Assembly: GCA_001179505.1 (NCBI GenBank)
Contig: CDMY01000929.1
Coordinates: 1-64,000 of the forward strand
Direction: 5' to 3'
Origin: Vitrella brassicaformis CCMP3155
Lineage: Eukaryota > Protista > Chromerida
DNA: 64,000 nucleotides
Shown here: positions 22,225-34,575 of the stretch, one piece after another
Numbering within the stretch: the stretch's first letter is position 1
Layout of the letters: the number at the start of each line of letters is the position of its first letter
Notes under the pieces: generated by a model
Databases searched by the model: none
What the model was told of the DNA's origin: nothing
The model's input: only the letters and a program-made list of their open reading frames with translations
Position numbers and translations under genes: made by a program

Positions 22225-23018
22225 ATGTATATATTCAGCTTCTGAAGACAGCTGCGAAGCTCCTTTTTTCTCTTGTGAATCTTGTAGTGTATGGTTGCTT
22301 CTCAGTCTGCTCCATTGCTATGTGTCTGAGGAGGAAGGGTACGGATTGCCTTGTTTATCGGCTGCTGCACCTTGACTAATTTTTTTGTCCAGTTCCGTCT
22401 TCTCTCAAGTGACTGATGCTTGGCTATGTAGTTCATCTGTATCCACATGTCTGTTTTCCCCATGCTCACTGTTCGGATGTCATTATGGAATTACTTGCGA
22501 TGTAATCTTCAAGGCTTCCTCCACCGATTTTTAACTTCAAGACCATCTGATCCTTGTCGCCTCGGTTGAAACTCCTTGGATAGCTTCAACCTTAGGCCAA
22601 CTTTCCTGGTGACAGTGGTAGACTGAAGTGGTAGACTGAAGTGGTGATAGCGCTACTTATCACTTTTAGTATCCCATCAAGCTCTTCGAGACAACTACTG
22701 TCTTTCAGCAGTGTTGCATAAGCAGTGTACTACAAATATTGTGTCGGATTCTTGAGATAATTCTCACGCTCGAGGCAACACAGCATTATTTATGCACAGG
22801 ATCATTCTTGGAAAACAGAAACTTCACGTACAAAGTTGAATTGTCGCAATGCTGAACTTGCTTGACATTAGGGATTTATCTAATCTAAACTGCAGGAAAA
22901 GTTGTAGCGAAACACCGCCTGTTCGTCAGCTGCACTAAGAGCTTAACCACGTCTCTTCTCAAAGATTGGAGCCTTTGGATAAGATTGACTGCAGGGATTC
23001 AAAGCCTCCCTGCTCCAT
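22225..23018. repeat. Unclassified AT-rich dispersed repeat, copy 2
   Basis: 22225-22400 matches 1478-1650 in direct orientation. 22976-23018 is a reverse-complement copy of the ATGGAGCAGGGA..TGAAT..AATCTTATC motif. Confidence 0.7.
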
Positions 23019-23129
23019 CCACCTCTTTTTCACTTCGAAGCTTCACTTTCGCTTGTTCCCTGTTTTCCATTAGTCACGAATCAAGACGGAACTCAACCGA
23101 AAAATTCGATATGCAGCAACCGATAACCC

Positions 23130-23868
23130 CTTCCTAAGCCCCCTTAGCCCTCTAAGCCCCCTAAGCCCTAAAGCCCCTGAGCCCCTAACCCCCTAACCCC
23201 TAAAACCCTAAACCCTAAACCCCCCTAAAACCCAGACCCTAGACCCCTAACCCCCTAACCCCCAACCCCCTAAACCCTAAACCCCCCCCAGCCCCCCTTA
23301 GACCCCTNNNNNNNNNNNNNNNNNNNNNNNNNNNNNNNNNNNNNNNNNNNNNNNNNNNNNNNNNNNNNNNNNNNNNNNNNNNNNNNNNNNNNNNNNNNNN
23401 NNNNNNNNNNNNNNNNNNNNNNNNNNNNNNNNNNNNNNNNNNNNNNNNNNNNNNNNNNNNNNNNNNNNNNNNNNNNNNNNNNNNNNNNNNNNNNNNNNNN
23501 NNNNNNNNNNNNNNNNNNNNNNNNNNNNNNNNNNNNNNNNNNNNNNNNNNNNNNNNNNNNNNNNNNNNNNNNNNNNNNNNNNNNNNNNNNNNNNNNNNNN
23601 NNNNNNNGCCCTAAGCCCTAAGCCCTAAGCCCTAAGCCCTAAGCCCTAAGCCCTAAGCCCTAAGCCCTAAGCCCTAAGCCCTAAGCCCTAAGCCCTAAGC
23701 CCTAAGCCCTAAGCCCTAAGCCCTAAGCCCTAAGCCCTAAGCCCTAAGCCCTAAGCCCTAAGCCCTAAGCCCTAAGCCCTAAGCCCTAGGCCCTAGGCCC
23801 TAAGCCCTAAGCTCTAAGCCCTAAGCCCTAAGCCCTAAGCCCTAAGCCCTAAACCCCTAAACCCTAAA
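23130..23868 (+). repeat. Internal telomere-like array (G-strand CTTAGGG) spanning a scaffold gap
   Basis: 23608-23852 is 35 in-register GCCCTAA units (three point variants), followed by ACCCCTAA and ACCCTAAA. 23130-23307 is degenerate CCCTAA(A/G/C) in the same orientation. Confidence 0.95.
23308..23607. other. Assembly gap (300 N) inside the telomere-like array
   Basis: Run of N. Confidence 1.
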
Positions 23869-24119
23869 GGGAAGGGAATGGGGGAGGACACACAGTTTCT
23901 TTCGAGCTGGCGAAAAGATAACACTCTCTCTGATCGTCATCCATTATGTGCTGGCACACAGACAGGCCAGAAGAGAGCCGGGCACATGCAGGAAAGCCAC
24001 GGCAGATACCAGACAGACACAAAACAGTGTCTGTCTCTTGTTTTGTGTCTGTCTCTTTCCCGCTCGCTGGCGACACAGCCAATCAGCCGAACGGACTGGT
24101 CGGTGTGTGTGGGTGTTGG

Positions 24120-24289
24120 CCTGTCTGTCTGTGAGCCGCCCGTGTGTGACGGATGCACCGACGAGAGATCAACACACTCTCGCCAGCACACGTCGACCAG
24201 GAGCTTCACAGACAGCCAGACGGCAGCCCAAACACCGCCCCACAGAGCGATTCTCTATGCGGCCAATCAGCCAATCGTCCCCTTCTTTC

Positions 24290-24320
<31 letters not shown>

Positions 24321-24537
24321 TGTCATATTTCCCCCGCCCCCCACTCACCGGCTCACACACTCACGGGAGCAGACAGACGGCCCACACGCATAACCACACA
24401 CAGTCCACACAGAGAGAAAAGGCCGACCAACACACGACAGCCGTCCCCTCACACACACACAGCAACAGACAGAGAGAGAGAGAGAGAGTCCGTCGACTCA
24501 TCGGCCGATCATCCTGCCTCCCACACACAAATGAATC

Positions 24538-24568
<31 letters not shown>

Positions 24569-24720
24569 ACAGACGAGCAGCACTCAGCAGCGGTTGGGGA
24601 GAGGGCCATCGCGCCACTCGACGGCCGCATCGTCTCCATCAGCGCGGCGAAGCCGTCGGCCACTCAGCCAGACAGCCACACCTGCACACAGACAGACAGA
24701 CAGACATCTGTGTGTGTGTC
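24120..24720 (+). repeat. Duplicated subtelomere-like module, copy 1
   Basis: GAGCCGCCCGTGTGTGACGGATGCACCGACGAGAGATCAACACACTCTCGC.., GCCAATCAGCCAATCG and CAGACGAGCAGCACTCAGC are shared, in the same order, with 25975-26700. Confidence 0.85.
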
Positions 24721-25974
24721 AGTCAGATCCATTTGTGTGTGTCGGCACACCACAGAGTGGCCAGGCCATTGTGTCTTCCGCTCCGCCGATGGGCACAGCT
24801 CATCGCCTCAACGCACAAACTGACACACACACACAGACGACAGACAGACATCAGATGTGCCTCGATTCAGTTATCAGTTCATCGACCCCTTCAGCTCACC
24901 TCGCCCTCTCTGTCTGTCTGTCTGTCTGTCTGTCTGTGTGTGCGGTGTGTACCATCGCTCGCACGAGGCCTCAAGACAGTCACAGCCACACACGCCGGCA
25001 GATCTGTTGTCAGGCGAGGCGATGTCGCCGCCGGCTGGTCCCTCAGCTCACGACAGGCAGACACACGGCGGCCATATCTCTCTCGTCAGTCAACCAGGCA
25101 AAGACCATCGGCTCCAACGGCATCGGATGTCATTGTGTGCCGCGGGGGGTCGTCGGCCAACGAGCGCTTTGCGAGTCGACAGAGATGACTTAGGAGGGGA
25201 CATAAGAGTGAGAGAGAGGGAAGGCGTCAGATCTGCAGATCTCAGCTCGCGATCGGACGGCGTGTGAGAACTGCAATTCCGCCGCTGCAGTGGATGGGCC
25301 AAATTGCGAGTGCGAGGTGAGCGCATTCTCATTGACTTAGACAGATCGTCAACACACAGTTAGTCAAATTGCGTGCTGCGTGGAAGGTGTCAGTCTGTCT
25401 GTGAGATGCTCGACGGCCACCGCACACAGAGAGTGAGGATAATCACTCACTGTGTTCGGTGACCATCCAGCACTCTACAGCCAGCACACCGACGCACGAT
25501 GAACACCAGAGGGAACCAAACAGATTTCTCTCTCTCTCCTTCCCACATTTCCCACATGGACACATGTAGCAATGCGCCACCCACCATCCGTCTGCACCAG
25601 ATGTGTCGGACACATCAGTCGACATGCGGTGGATCACTCAGGCCAAAAGCGTGTGTTCAGAAATACACACACACAACACCATTCGACCTCCATCATTTAT
25701 TTGCCACTGTGCAAGGCACCCGCCCATCGGCACACAGAGAGAGAGAGGCGCACAAAACCCGTCAAGGCACGCAGCGAACACATTGATCCACCCGTAATCG
25801 ACGTGTGTCTGTCTGTCCACTTCCCTCTGTGCGCATCTCTGTCGCCACACGGCAACCCCAAAGCACCAACACCACACGTGGGCTGATGCTCTAGCGTTGC
25901 CACTGGCGGGGAGACAGATGCCCACAAAGGGGGAGGGGGGTTGAATTGAACCGATAGATCTATCGACCCGTCTG

Positions 25975-26137
25975 TCTGTCTGTCTGTCGGTGAGCCGCCC
26001 GTGTGTGACGGATGCACCGACGAGAGATCAACACACTCTCGCGAACACACGTAACACACAAGGAAGCCATAGACAGAGGGCAGCCCAAACACCGGCCCAC
26101 ACAGCGATTCTCTGTGCAGCCAATCAGCCAATCGTCG

Positions 26138-26173
<36 letters not shown>

Positions 26174-26700
26174 GTCTGTTCTCCTGTGGTGGCTGTCTGT
26201 CGAGCATCGGCCGACCCACTGAGGAGTGTAAGCAAGAGAAGCATGACGATGCACAGACCGATTCCCTTTGTCAGTGTGCTCTCATGCGGCCGACCCACGA
26301 GAGGACAAAGCGATTCAGTTAAGTCGAGTCAGTCAGTCGTCGACACATGGGCCGACACATGACACACACACACACAGACGAGCAGCACTCAGCGGCCATC
26401 GTCAGTCGTCAAACCCGCCAGCCAGCCACACCTGCATGCCACACAAACCACACACAGACACACAGACACACAGACAGGCGGCTGATTCTCCTGTCGTGTG
26501 TCACATCCATCCCATCCCTCTCTCTCTCTCTCTCTGTCTGTGTGTGTGTGTGTGGCTGTCTGCCTGCGCACCGCTGCGGTGTTCGAGTGCAGTCGGCGGT
26601 AAGTCACCTCGGCGCCCTCAGCTGCAGCACTGTCTGTCTGTCGTCATGACGGACGGCCGCACCCATACTCACTCGACAGACAGACAGACATCTGTAGCAC
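25975..26700 (+). repeat. Duplicated subtelomere-like module, copy 2
   Basis: See copy 1: collinear blocks separated by variable microsatellites. Confidence 0.85.
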
Positions 26701-27078
26701 AGCACACAGAGCAGACCGGCCGTCTCACATCATTGCGATGCTCGAGGCGTCACTCACTGACCTGACGGACTCGCCACGTGTGTGTGCGTCTGTGTCGCCG
26801 ACCTCAGCACACAGACGTGGGCGCTTTATATATAGCGCTGCAGCACCGATAGGATGCGCCGGCGAGGGGTTGAATGAGCGGGGGCGCCGAAATAGACTCA
26901 TGCACCGCTCTATGGCTTATGCAGGTGCTACTGCTTTGAGGGCGAAATTTCGGTATTTGATCTGCGAGCTTAGCTTGGGGAGCTCGTGTTCTTTCCAGGG
27001 AGCAATGAAGGCTTAAGCCGCATGCTTCACAATACAGAAGGCCTTTGGGGAAAGATCCGCGCGATTCCATTGATATCT

Positions 27079-30000
27079 ATGCGTTCCCATCTGATCTTGG
27101 TGCTGCTCCTGTGTGTGCTGCCGTGCGTATACCGGGCAGCAGCAGCAGCAGATCAGTGCGTTTATCCATCCGATTCGGCTCTGTTTGACCTGCACCGAGA
27201 CGGGCAGCAGCAGCAGCAGCAGCAGTCGGCGAGTGATTCCGATGGAGGGGAGGCGAGACGGAGGACTGACGAGGCGGATGTGGTGACTGTCCATTTGATT
27301 CATCACACACACGATGACGTCGGGTGGCTCAAGACTGTGGACCAGGTGAACAGCATCTCTCAAGAGGCTTGCTTGTGTGTCTGTCTATTGTGTCGTGCTT
27401 GTGGTGTGTGTGTGTCAGTACCACATGGGTCTGAACAACAGCATCCAGTGGGCGTATGTGTCGATGGTTCTCGACACAGTCACCGACGCCGTCGACCCAT
27501 ATCACATCCAGTAAGGCAGCCGACACACACACACACTCTCTCTCTCTCTCTCGTACGCGATTGTCTCCCTCTCTCTGCGTGTGTGCAGGTATGGAGCCAA
27601 CCCGTATCGTAAGTTCACCTACGTCGAGATGGGCTTCTTCTGGTCAGCTCAGTCACACACACACACACACACACTCACTGGATGAGTGTGCATATCTGCG
27701 TGCGTAGGCGTTGGTGGCGCCAGCAGAGCCGCAACAAGCAACGGCAGGTGCACCGGCTGGTCATGGGAAGGCGGCTGCAGTTTGTCAATGGCGGATGGTG
27801 TATGCACGACGAAGCTGCCGCACACTACAGGTTTGTTTCCTGTGCACACATACACATGCAGAGGCGCAGATGTCTGTGTGTGTCTGTGTGTGGCAGCGAC
27901 ATGATCCAGCAGATGACCTTCGGCCACCTCTTTCTGCTCAAGACCTTCAGGCTGAGACCTACCATCGGTCAGCACACACAGTGGCACACATAACACACAT
28001 GCATCTGTGGATGGATGCAGGCTGGCAGATCGATCCCTTCGGCCACAGCGCCACCAACGCCTACCTCTCCACACTCATGGGCTTCGACGGATGGTTCTTC
28101 GCAAGAATGGACTACCAGGTACACCGCCTTTCCTCGCTCCCCCTCCCCTCCCCTCCCCTTACCGACACACCGACATATGCCCACCATGTGTGTGTGTGCA
28201 TCTCTGGTGCAGGAGAAAGCGCGTCGCGTCAATGACCGTTCGCTGGAGATGGTGATGCACCCACGGGACCCCTCTGATCGAATGGTTGGCGGCGGCATCT
28301 ACACCATGTGCATGGCCGACCACTACTGCTCGCCGCCGGGCTTCTGCGCCGACCATGTGTGCAGAGACCAACTCATACAAGTGAGTCGGGAGACAGAGAG
28401 CATATGTGTGTGGGATATGTGTGTGGGATATGTGTGTGGGCGTTTGTAGGACGATCCTCGGCTGGATGACTACAACGTCGAGCAGCGGGCGACCGAGTTC
28501 CTGAAACACGTGGAAGAGTACCACAAAGCCTTCAGGACGAGCCACTTGCTGGTGCCGATGGGCTGTGACTTCACGTAAGTCCCCTCCCACACACACAGAT
28601 ACACACACACACATATACACATGGATGCACACGTGTTGATGTGTGTTGAGTGACCCTGCAGGCATTCTGATGCGGCGCTGAACTTCGCAGAGAGCGAGAA
28701 GCTCATGAGGTACATCAACCAGCGGTCGTCATCTCTCGGCTATCGGCTGATCTACTCCACCCCGGCGCAGTACCTAGCGTCGATCCACGACACCCACACC
28801 ACCCTCCCCATCAAAGGCACCTTTAGATCTAGCCGCTCACACAGACACACACAGCGCCCCCACCGTGTTGTGTGTATGTGTGTTTCACAGAGACTAATGA
28901 CGACTTCTTCCCCTACGCAGACGGCCCCCATCGCTTCTGGACGGGCTACTTCACCACACGGCCGACATTCAAACGTACACACACACACACACACAACTCA
29001 CGCATACGAGACATATGTGTGTGTGTCTGGGTGTCTGTCTTGTCAGGGTATGTGCGGGAGTGCAGCGCATTGCTGCAGGCGTATGAGGGCCTTATCGCCA
29101 GACACATGATCGGGTCAGTGGGACGGACACACAACACAGACACACGAATATCCATACAAATGGCGTCCGTCAATGCAGTCATATCGACAGCACAACACGG
29201 TGGCCGACGCACCGCTATATGGACCATTCAGCCCTGTTCGACCTGCGGGAGAGACTCGCCATTGCGCAGCACCATGATGCAGGCAAGTGTACACCCACAC
29301 ACATACACACACACGGAAAAGACAGAGGGAGGGAGGGAGGGAGGGAGGGACCGTGTGCGTGTGTCTGTGTGTCAATACAGTATCTGGCACGGCCAAGCAG
29401 CACGTGTCTGACGACTACACCAAGAGTCTCGCAGATGCGCGGCACAGAGTGGAACAGGTGCGTGAACTGCATTCGGAAAGAGAGAGATGCATGTGTGTGT
29501 GGATGGATGGATGGATTTGCAGGCGATGGGACAAATATTTGCTCACCACGGCTATGGCTACCCTGACCAACAAGTGCCGTTCGAGCCCTGCCCCTACGCC
29601 AACATCTCTGTGTGCCACATGACCGAGCACCTCACACCAGGTCAGGCCCACACGCACACACGCATACACACACAATACACATACACACATTGTCTGTGCA
29701 TGTGCCATGTCTGTATGTGTGTGTGTGCAGGCAGTAATGCGTCGGTGGTGGTGGGTGTGTACAACCCCCTTGCATGGACCAGACACAACGTACGTACCTT
29801 CCCTCTCCCCGGCCCAGCCCCCATTCGCACACAACCACACATGGACAATTCATTTGTGTGTTCAGGTGACGGTGTCCTTCCCTGTGCCCACGGCCAACCT
29901 CTCTGTCAGCGGCGGATACACCTTCGCTGTGGAGGCAGCATGGCCCTTCCCGTCAGACCAGCAGCCCACCACCATCCCAGGACGGCAGAACTACACATTG

Positions 30001-32179
30001 AAGGTCAGGCCATCCATCTGTCACACACATGGATGGACGTGTGTGTGTGTGCGTGTGTCTGTAGGTGTCGGTGCCGGACATCCCGCCTCTTTCTTTCGTC
30101 TACTTCACCGTCAATGTGACTAAAGAGGGCAGAAATGAGCCAGCACCCACCAGAACAGCAGCAGCAGCAGGGAGGGTCATGCGCGGAGGCCAGCAGCACC
30201 AGCAGCAAGGCGGCCCTCCGACCACCATCGAAAGCGACGTCTATCGCCTCACCTTCGACGCAAGTGAGACCCCACGCCCACGCCCACCCCCCCACCACCC
30301 CAATACACACACAAATGCCCATGTATGTATGTGTGCAGGTGGGTCGCTGACATCCATCACCAACAAGCCCACCAACACCACCGTCGATGCGCGTCACACC
30401 ATGCAGTACTACCGGTCGTTCGGCCCCGACAGCGACCAGAACAGCGGCGCCTACATCTTCCGCCCAAACACCACCGACCGCGTGAAATACGACGCGCCCG
30501 TCAAGGCGTTCCAAGTTCGTGTGCATGTGTGTGTGTGTGTACGTGATGGGTTTCCCCCACTCTCTCTGTGTGTCCGTGTGTGTGTGTGTAGGTGACGAGA
30601 AGCGGTCCCTGGGAGTGTCTGGTGCAGCTGTTAGATGGGGCGGAGAGCGCCTCGTGTGACGAGGCCAACTGGCCCGCATTCTTCCGGTACTGCGTGACCG
30701 ACGGCAGCGACGCCATCGATGTCGACTGGAGTGTCGGGCCGATCTACATCGATGACAAGGCACGCACACACACAATGGATGAATGGCTGGCCGCACGGAT
30801 GACCATTTCTCCCTTCCTCCCTCCCTGTGTGTGTCGATGCAGCAAGGGAAGGAGTTCGTGTCGATGTGGTCATTGCCAGCCGTCAATTCCTCCGCTGCCA
30901 TGGCCGTCGACAGCAACGGGCTGGCCATGGTCCGCCGCACCCGCGACCAAAGACAGTCCTTCGCACTCAATGTGACCGACACAGAGGCGGGCAACTACTA
31001 CCCCATCAACTCGGCTGCTTATGTGGAAGACGCGAGTACCGGGGTACGTACGTTTGGAGGCATCTTTGTGTGTGGATGGATGGATGGATGAATGCGCGTG
31101 TGCGTGGACGTCCTTAGGTGCGGTTCACCGTGCTGGTTGACCGTGCGCAAGGTGCGGCTTCGCTGGCGGACGGGCAGATCGAAACCATGATACACCGACG
31201 GTGGGTGGGGGGGCAGGCAGACACGTACGTGTGTGTGTGTGCATCCATTCTCTCTCTCCATGTCTGTATCGGTGAATCAGGACGGTCTACGACGACAATC
31301 GTGGTGTGGCCGAGCCCATCAACGAGACCCACCCGATGTACCCAACCGACGACGGCAAAGGCCTCCGCGTCAGAGGCACACACAGGGTGGTCCTCAGCAC
31401 CGACACAGCCATCCAGCGGGCACTCGAGCAGGAGATCTACCATGACCCTATCGTCATGTTCGCATCATCACCACCACCAGCAGCGGTCGCACAGCCTCAC
31501 GTGGCAATGATTGAGCCGCTGCCGAGGAATCTCCATTTGCTGACCTTCTCGCCGGTGCCGTGGTTCGGCGGACGTGGGCGGTGCTGTGAGAGGGGGAGGG
31601 GCCGTGGAGCGGTGGTGCTGGTCAGGCTGAGGCATCTGTACGACGTGGGTGAAGACGCTAACATGAGTGTGCCCGTGCAGGTATGTGCCGACATCAACAC
31701 ACAACATGGAACGCATTCACGGCCGTCTGTGCATTCATTGTGTCCTCTGTCTCTTGTTTCTGGTGTGTGTATGGTTGTCATAGTATGACCTTGCCGGACT
31801 CTTCCCAGGCGTCTCGCCCCAGCAGCTCTCAGCCAGGGAGACCACCGTCACGGCCAACTCCCTGCTGCACCGCGCCATGGACAGGAGAATGGTCTTCCCC
31901 ACACAATCTGACACAACACTGGCCGCATTCAGCGTACATGGTGATGGTGATGAATCAACACTGCTCGTGACGATGCTGCCCGGCGAGATTCGCACTTGGA
32001 GCGTGCTGGTGCGGCCGAGATACGACGATTTGTCTTTGTTGTGTGATTGTGAGGAGGGCGTGGGCGGCGATGAGTGTGTGTCGTATTGGGATGTGCTGAC
32101 AGAGGGGGGGAGAGGGGGAGAGGGAGGGGGAGGGGGGGAGCAAGGCTCAGACAGAGACCATGTGGTGGTCGTCGAGTGA
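27079..32179 (+). CDS. Lysosomal-type alpha-mannosidase, glycoside hydrolase family 38 (more than 20 exons, signal peptide)
   Basis: GH38 motifs in order: [93 protein letters not shown]. Stop codon at 32179. Confidence 0.97.
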
Positions 32180-32465
32180 GAGATGGTGTGGTGACTTTTT
32201 TGTGTCCCGCGAGCAAGTTTGTGCTGTTCAGCGGGCAAGGTTTTTGGTGGGCGAGTAAGTTTCTGTGTCTGTCTGTGTATGTGTGCATACTTGGCGTCCG
32301 TCTGCGTATGTGCCTGTCCGTTCGTTTGTGTGTGAAGGTGTTTTCCCGTGACGCTTTATCGTACGGATCTGCATAGCGATAAGCCAAACACATGCAGTGA
32401 CTGTTGCTTGAGCGGCCCTTCGTTGTCCACCCATCCATCGGTAGGGAGATGCATCAATCCACACG

Positions 32466-32552
32466 TTTAGGGTTTGCACCCCTAAGCCCGAAACCCTGAA
32501 CCCTGAAACCAGCTTAGGGGTTTAACCCTGAAACCACAGAGCCGAAACCCTG
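32466..32552. promoter_or_regulatory. Short intergenic cluster of degenerate telomere-like motifs (telo-box-like)
   Basis: TTTAGGGTTT, CCCTAAGCCC, AAACCCTGAACCCTGAAACC and CTTAGGGG in both orientations, about 250 bp upstream of the ATG at 32809. Confidence 0.5.
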
Positions 32553-32808
32553 CGGCCTTCTCCCTCTCCCCTCTCTCCTCTCTCTCACCGCTGTACGTAC
32601 GTACGTAAAGGACTGCAAAAGGCGTCAGCGGATCTGCCCATCCGATCAATTGCATCCGAGCTCCATCGGCTCATCTCACTTAATTCGACCGCCCAGCAAC
32701 TTCCCATCTGTTTCAGCGCCTGTTAGCCACCGAGAGCATCCCATCTGCCCCTCACCCAGCCGCACTGCAACTGACTGTCCGGCATCTCAATTCAATTGCC
32801 CTTCAGCA

Positions 32809-33586
32809 ATGGCCCTCATCTCCCGCCAGATGGTCCTGCTCGCCGCCTCTCTGCTGCTGATGGCCGTGTGGATGCCATCGACGGCCGTGGCCCTGGCCGC
32901 TGACGAGGGCCTGACGACAGTGGACGACCAGCTGCTGCTGAGCGATGAGGATGTCGATGAGCCGTTGGTGTCGTCTGGCGGTCTCCGGGGTTTGCAGTCG
33001 TGCATTGCCTCTTACTCAAAGAAACAGTGCAAGAAGACCTCACACTGCTGCTCACACAAGTAAGTAGGCCAAATCGACAGACAGAGGAGGCTCATGGCGA
33101 TGCGTGTGATGGCTCTGTGTGTGTGTGTGTGTGTGTCTATATCGGTGCAGCTGTGTGAATGGTCAGTGCCGCAAGGGCGGCGATCTGAATGGCATTGGCC
33201 AGCGCTGTCGGTACGATAACGACTGCCACTCACATTACTGCTCGAATGGCAAATGTGAGCCACACACTCACACAGGGGGGCCAATGTGGGCGTCATGCAT
33301 TCTCCCTTCCGTGTGTGATGTGATGTGTGCATTAGGCAAGGAGAGGGGCCACCATGGCGACCACCATGACGACCATAACGACCATGACAACCACCATGAC
33401 GACAGGTGCAAGAAGGACCACGATTGTAAGCGTGGCTTCTACTGCTGGAAGAAACACCATGACCACAAATACGGCAAATGTAAGCGACGAATCACACAGT
33501 GGGCAGACAGACAAACAGACAGACCTATGTATGGGCCGTGTTCATCCAATGTGTCCATGTGTGTGTCTTCAGGCCGTCGGCATTAG
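32809..33586 (+). CDS. Secreted Cys-rich, His/Asp-rich small protein (4 exons)
   Basis: Exons 32809-33059, 33151-33254, 33336-33479 and 33573-33586 splice in frame. The product has a signal peptide, an acidic pro-region, three Cys modules (e.g. CRYDNDCHSHYCSNGKC) and a HHGDHHDDHNDHDNHHDD linker. Confidence 0.85.
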
Positions 33587-34575
33587 GCGTCCATCTCAGA
33601 CACTGCGGCTCGTGTATCGCTCTTTGCTCATGTGAGAGGGGACGGCGCTAGTCTCGCTGTCTCCCTGTCTATCTGTCTGTCTGTCTGTCTGTTGTGTTGT
33701 GCCTTGTTTGTACAGTCAATCACATGACGTCTGTCTGTCTTTCAGTCTGTTGTGTCTTTGATGTCGTGTGGCTTTGCAGTCAGTGTGATTATTAAGGGTG
33801 GGGGGATGTCACTGACCATTGGGGGCGGTGAGCCCTAAGATGCATTCGTATTGTTTATACGAGAGGGAGAGAGAGAGAGAGAGAGAGAGAGAATAGTCCT
33901 GGTGAGTGTTGTGGGCAGAGAAGATGGCTGCCACACACATTAATTGATTGCACACATACATGCAGTGGTTCGTGGGTGTCTGGGGGATACACACATAGTG
34001 TGGTGTGTGCGTGTTTTGGGTAGTAGCATCCTGTGCGTGACGTGATAGTAGGCTGGTCTCACTCAACTCAATGGGTGTTTTTTCATACCGTAGAGAGATC
34101 GCGACAGAGATCTGGACAGACATACGCGCGTTTTCTGAACATATGGGGGTGAGAAAGGGCTGTTTTCTTGATGCTTACGAAGGTCATCCCATGAGCCATT
34201 GTAGATTGATGGACGAAAGAAATCAACGAATGCGACTGCGACACTCCGAATGGACGAATCGTATAGACATTCGGTAACTCACTCATCGCACACGAGTCAA
34301 GGCGACCACCCAACACATGACACCCTTTCATCACTTATACGCCAACTCATCACTTCTCTATACTCCAACTCATCCGAGCCATCCGCCATGTGCGCGGTAT
34401 GCGCATCTCGCCTTGTCTCACTCTGCCCAAATACGCCTGCTGTGATGACTGATCATCAGCAGTCCATGCGATTTACAACTGATAACCAGACCAACCAAAC
34501 CAATGCGTTGTCAGTGTCACTCGACACACACTGAAGCAGCATGCATCCATCTAGTCGGCACTCGACTCGCATTCA

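Noticed and set aside
22225-22262. Minus-strand SSEAEYI resembling the copia RNase H motif
   Set aside because: It is immediately followed by a stop, and the homologous copy at about 1485 does not keep EY, so it is likely chance.
23864-26765. Numerous 100-350 aa ORFs rich in T/H/R/Q/C/V
   Set aside because: They are translations of (CA)n, (GACA)n and (GA)n microsatellites, with no domain or splice-consistent structure.
26822-26840. Near-palindromic GCGCT-TTATATAT-AGCGC TATA-like site upstream of the mannosidase
   Set aside because: Single occurrence about 250 bp from the ATG, with no TSS data; plausible but unsupported.
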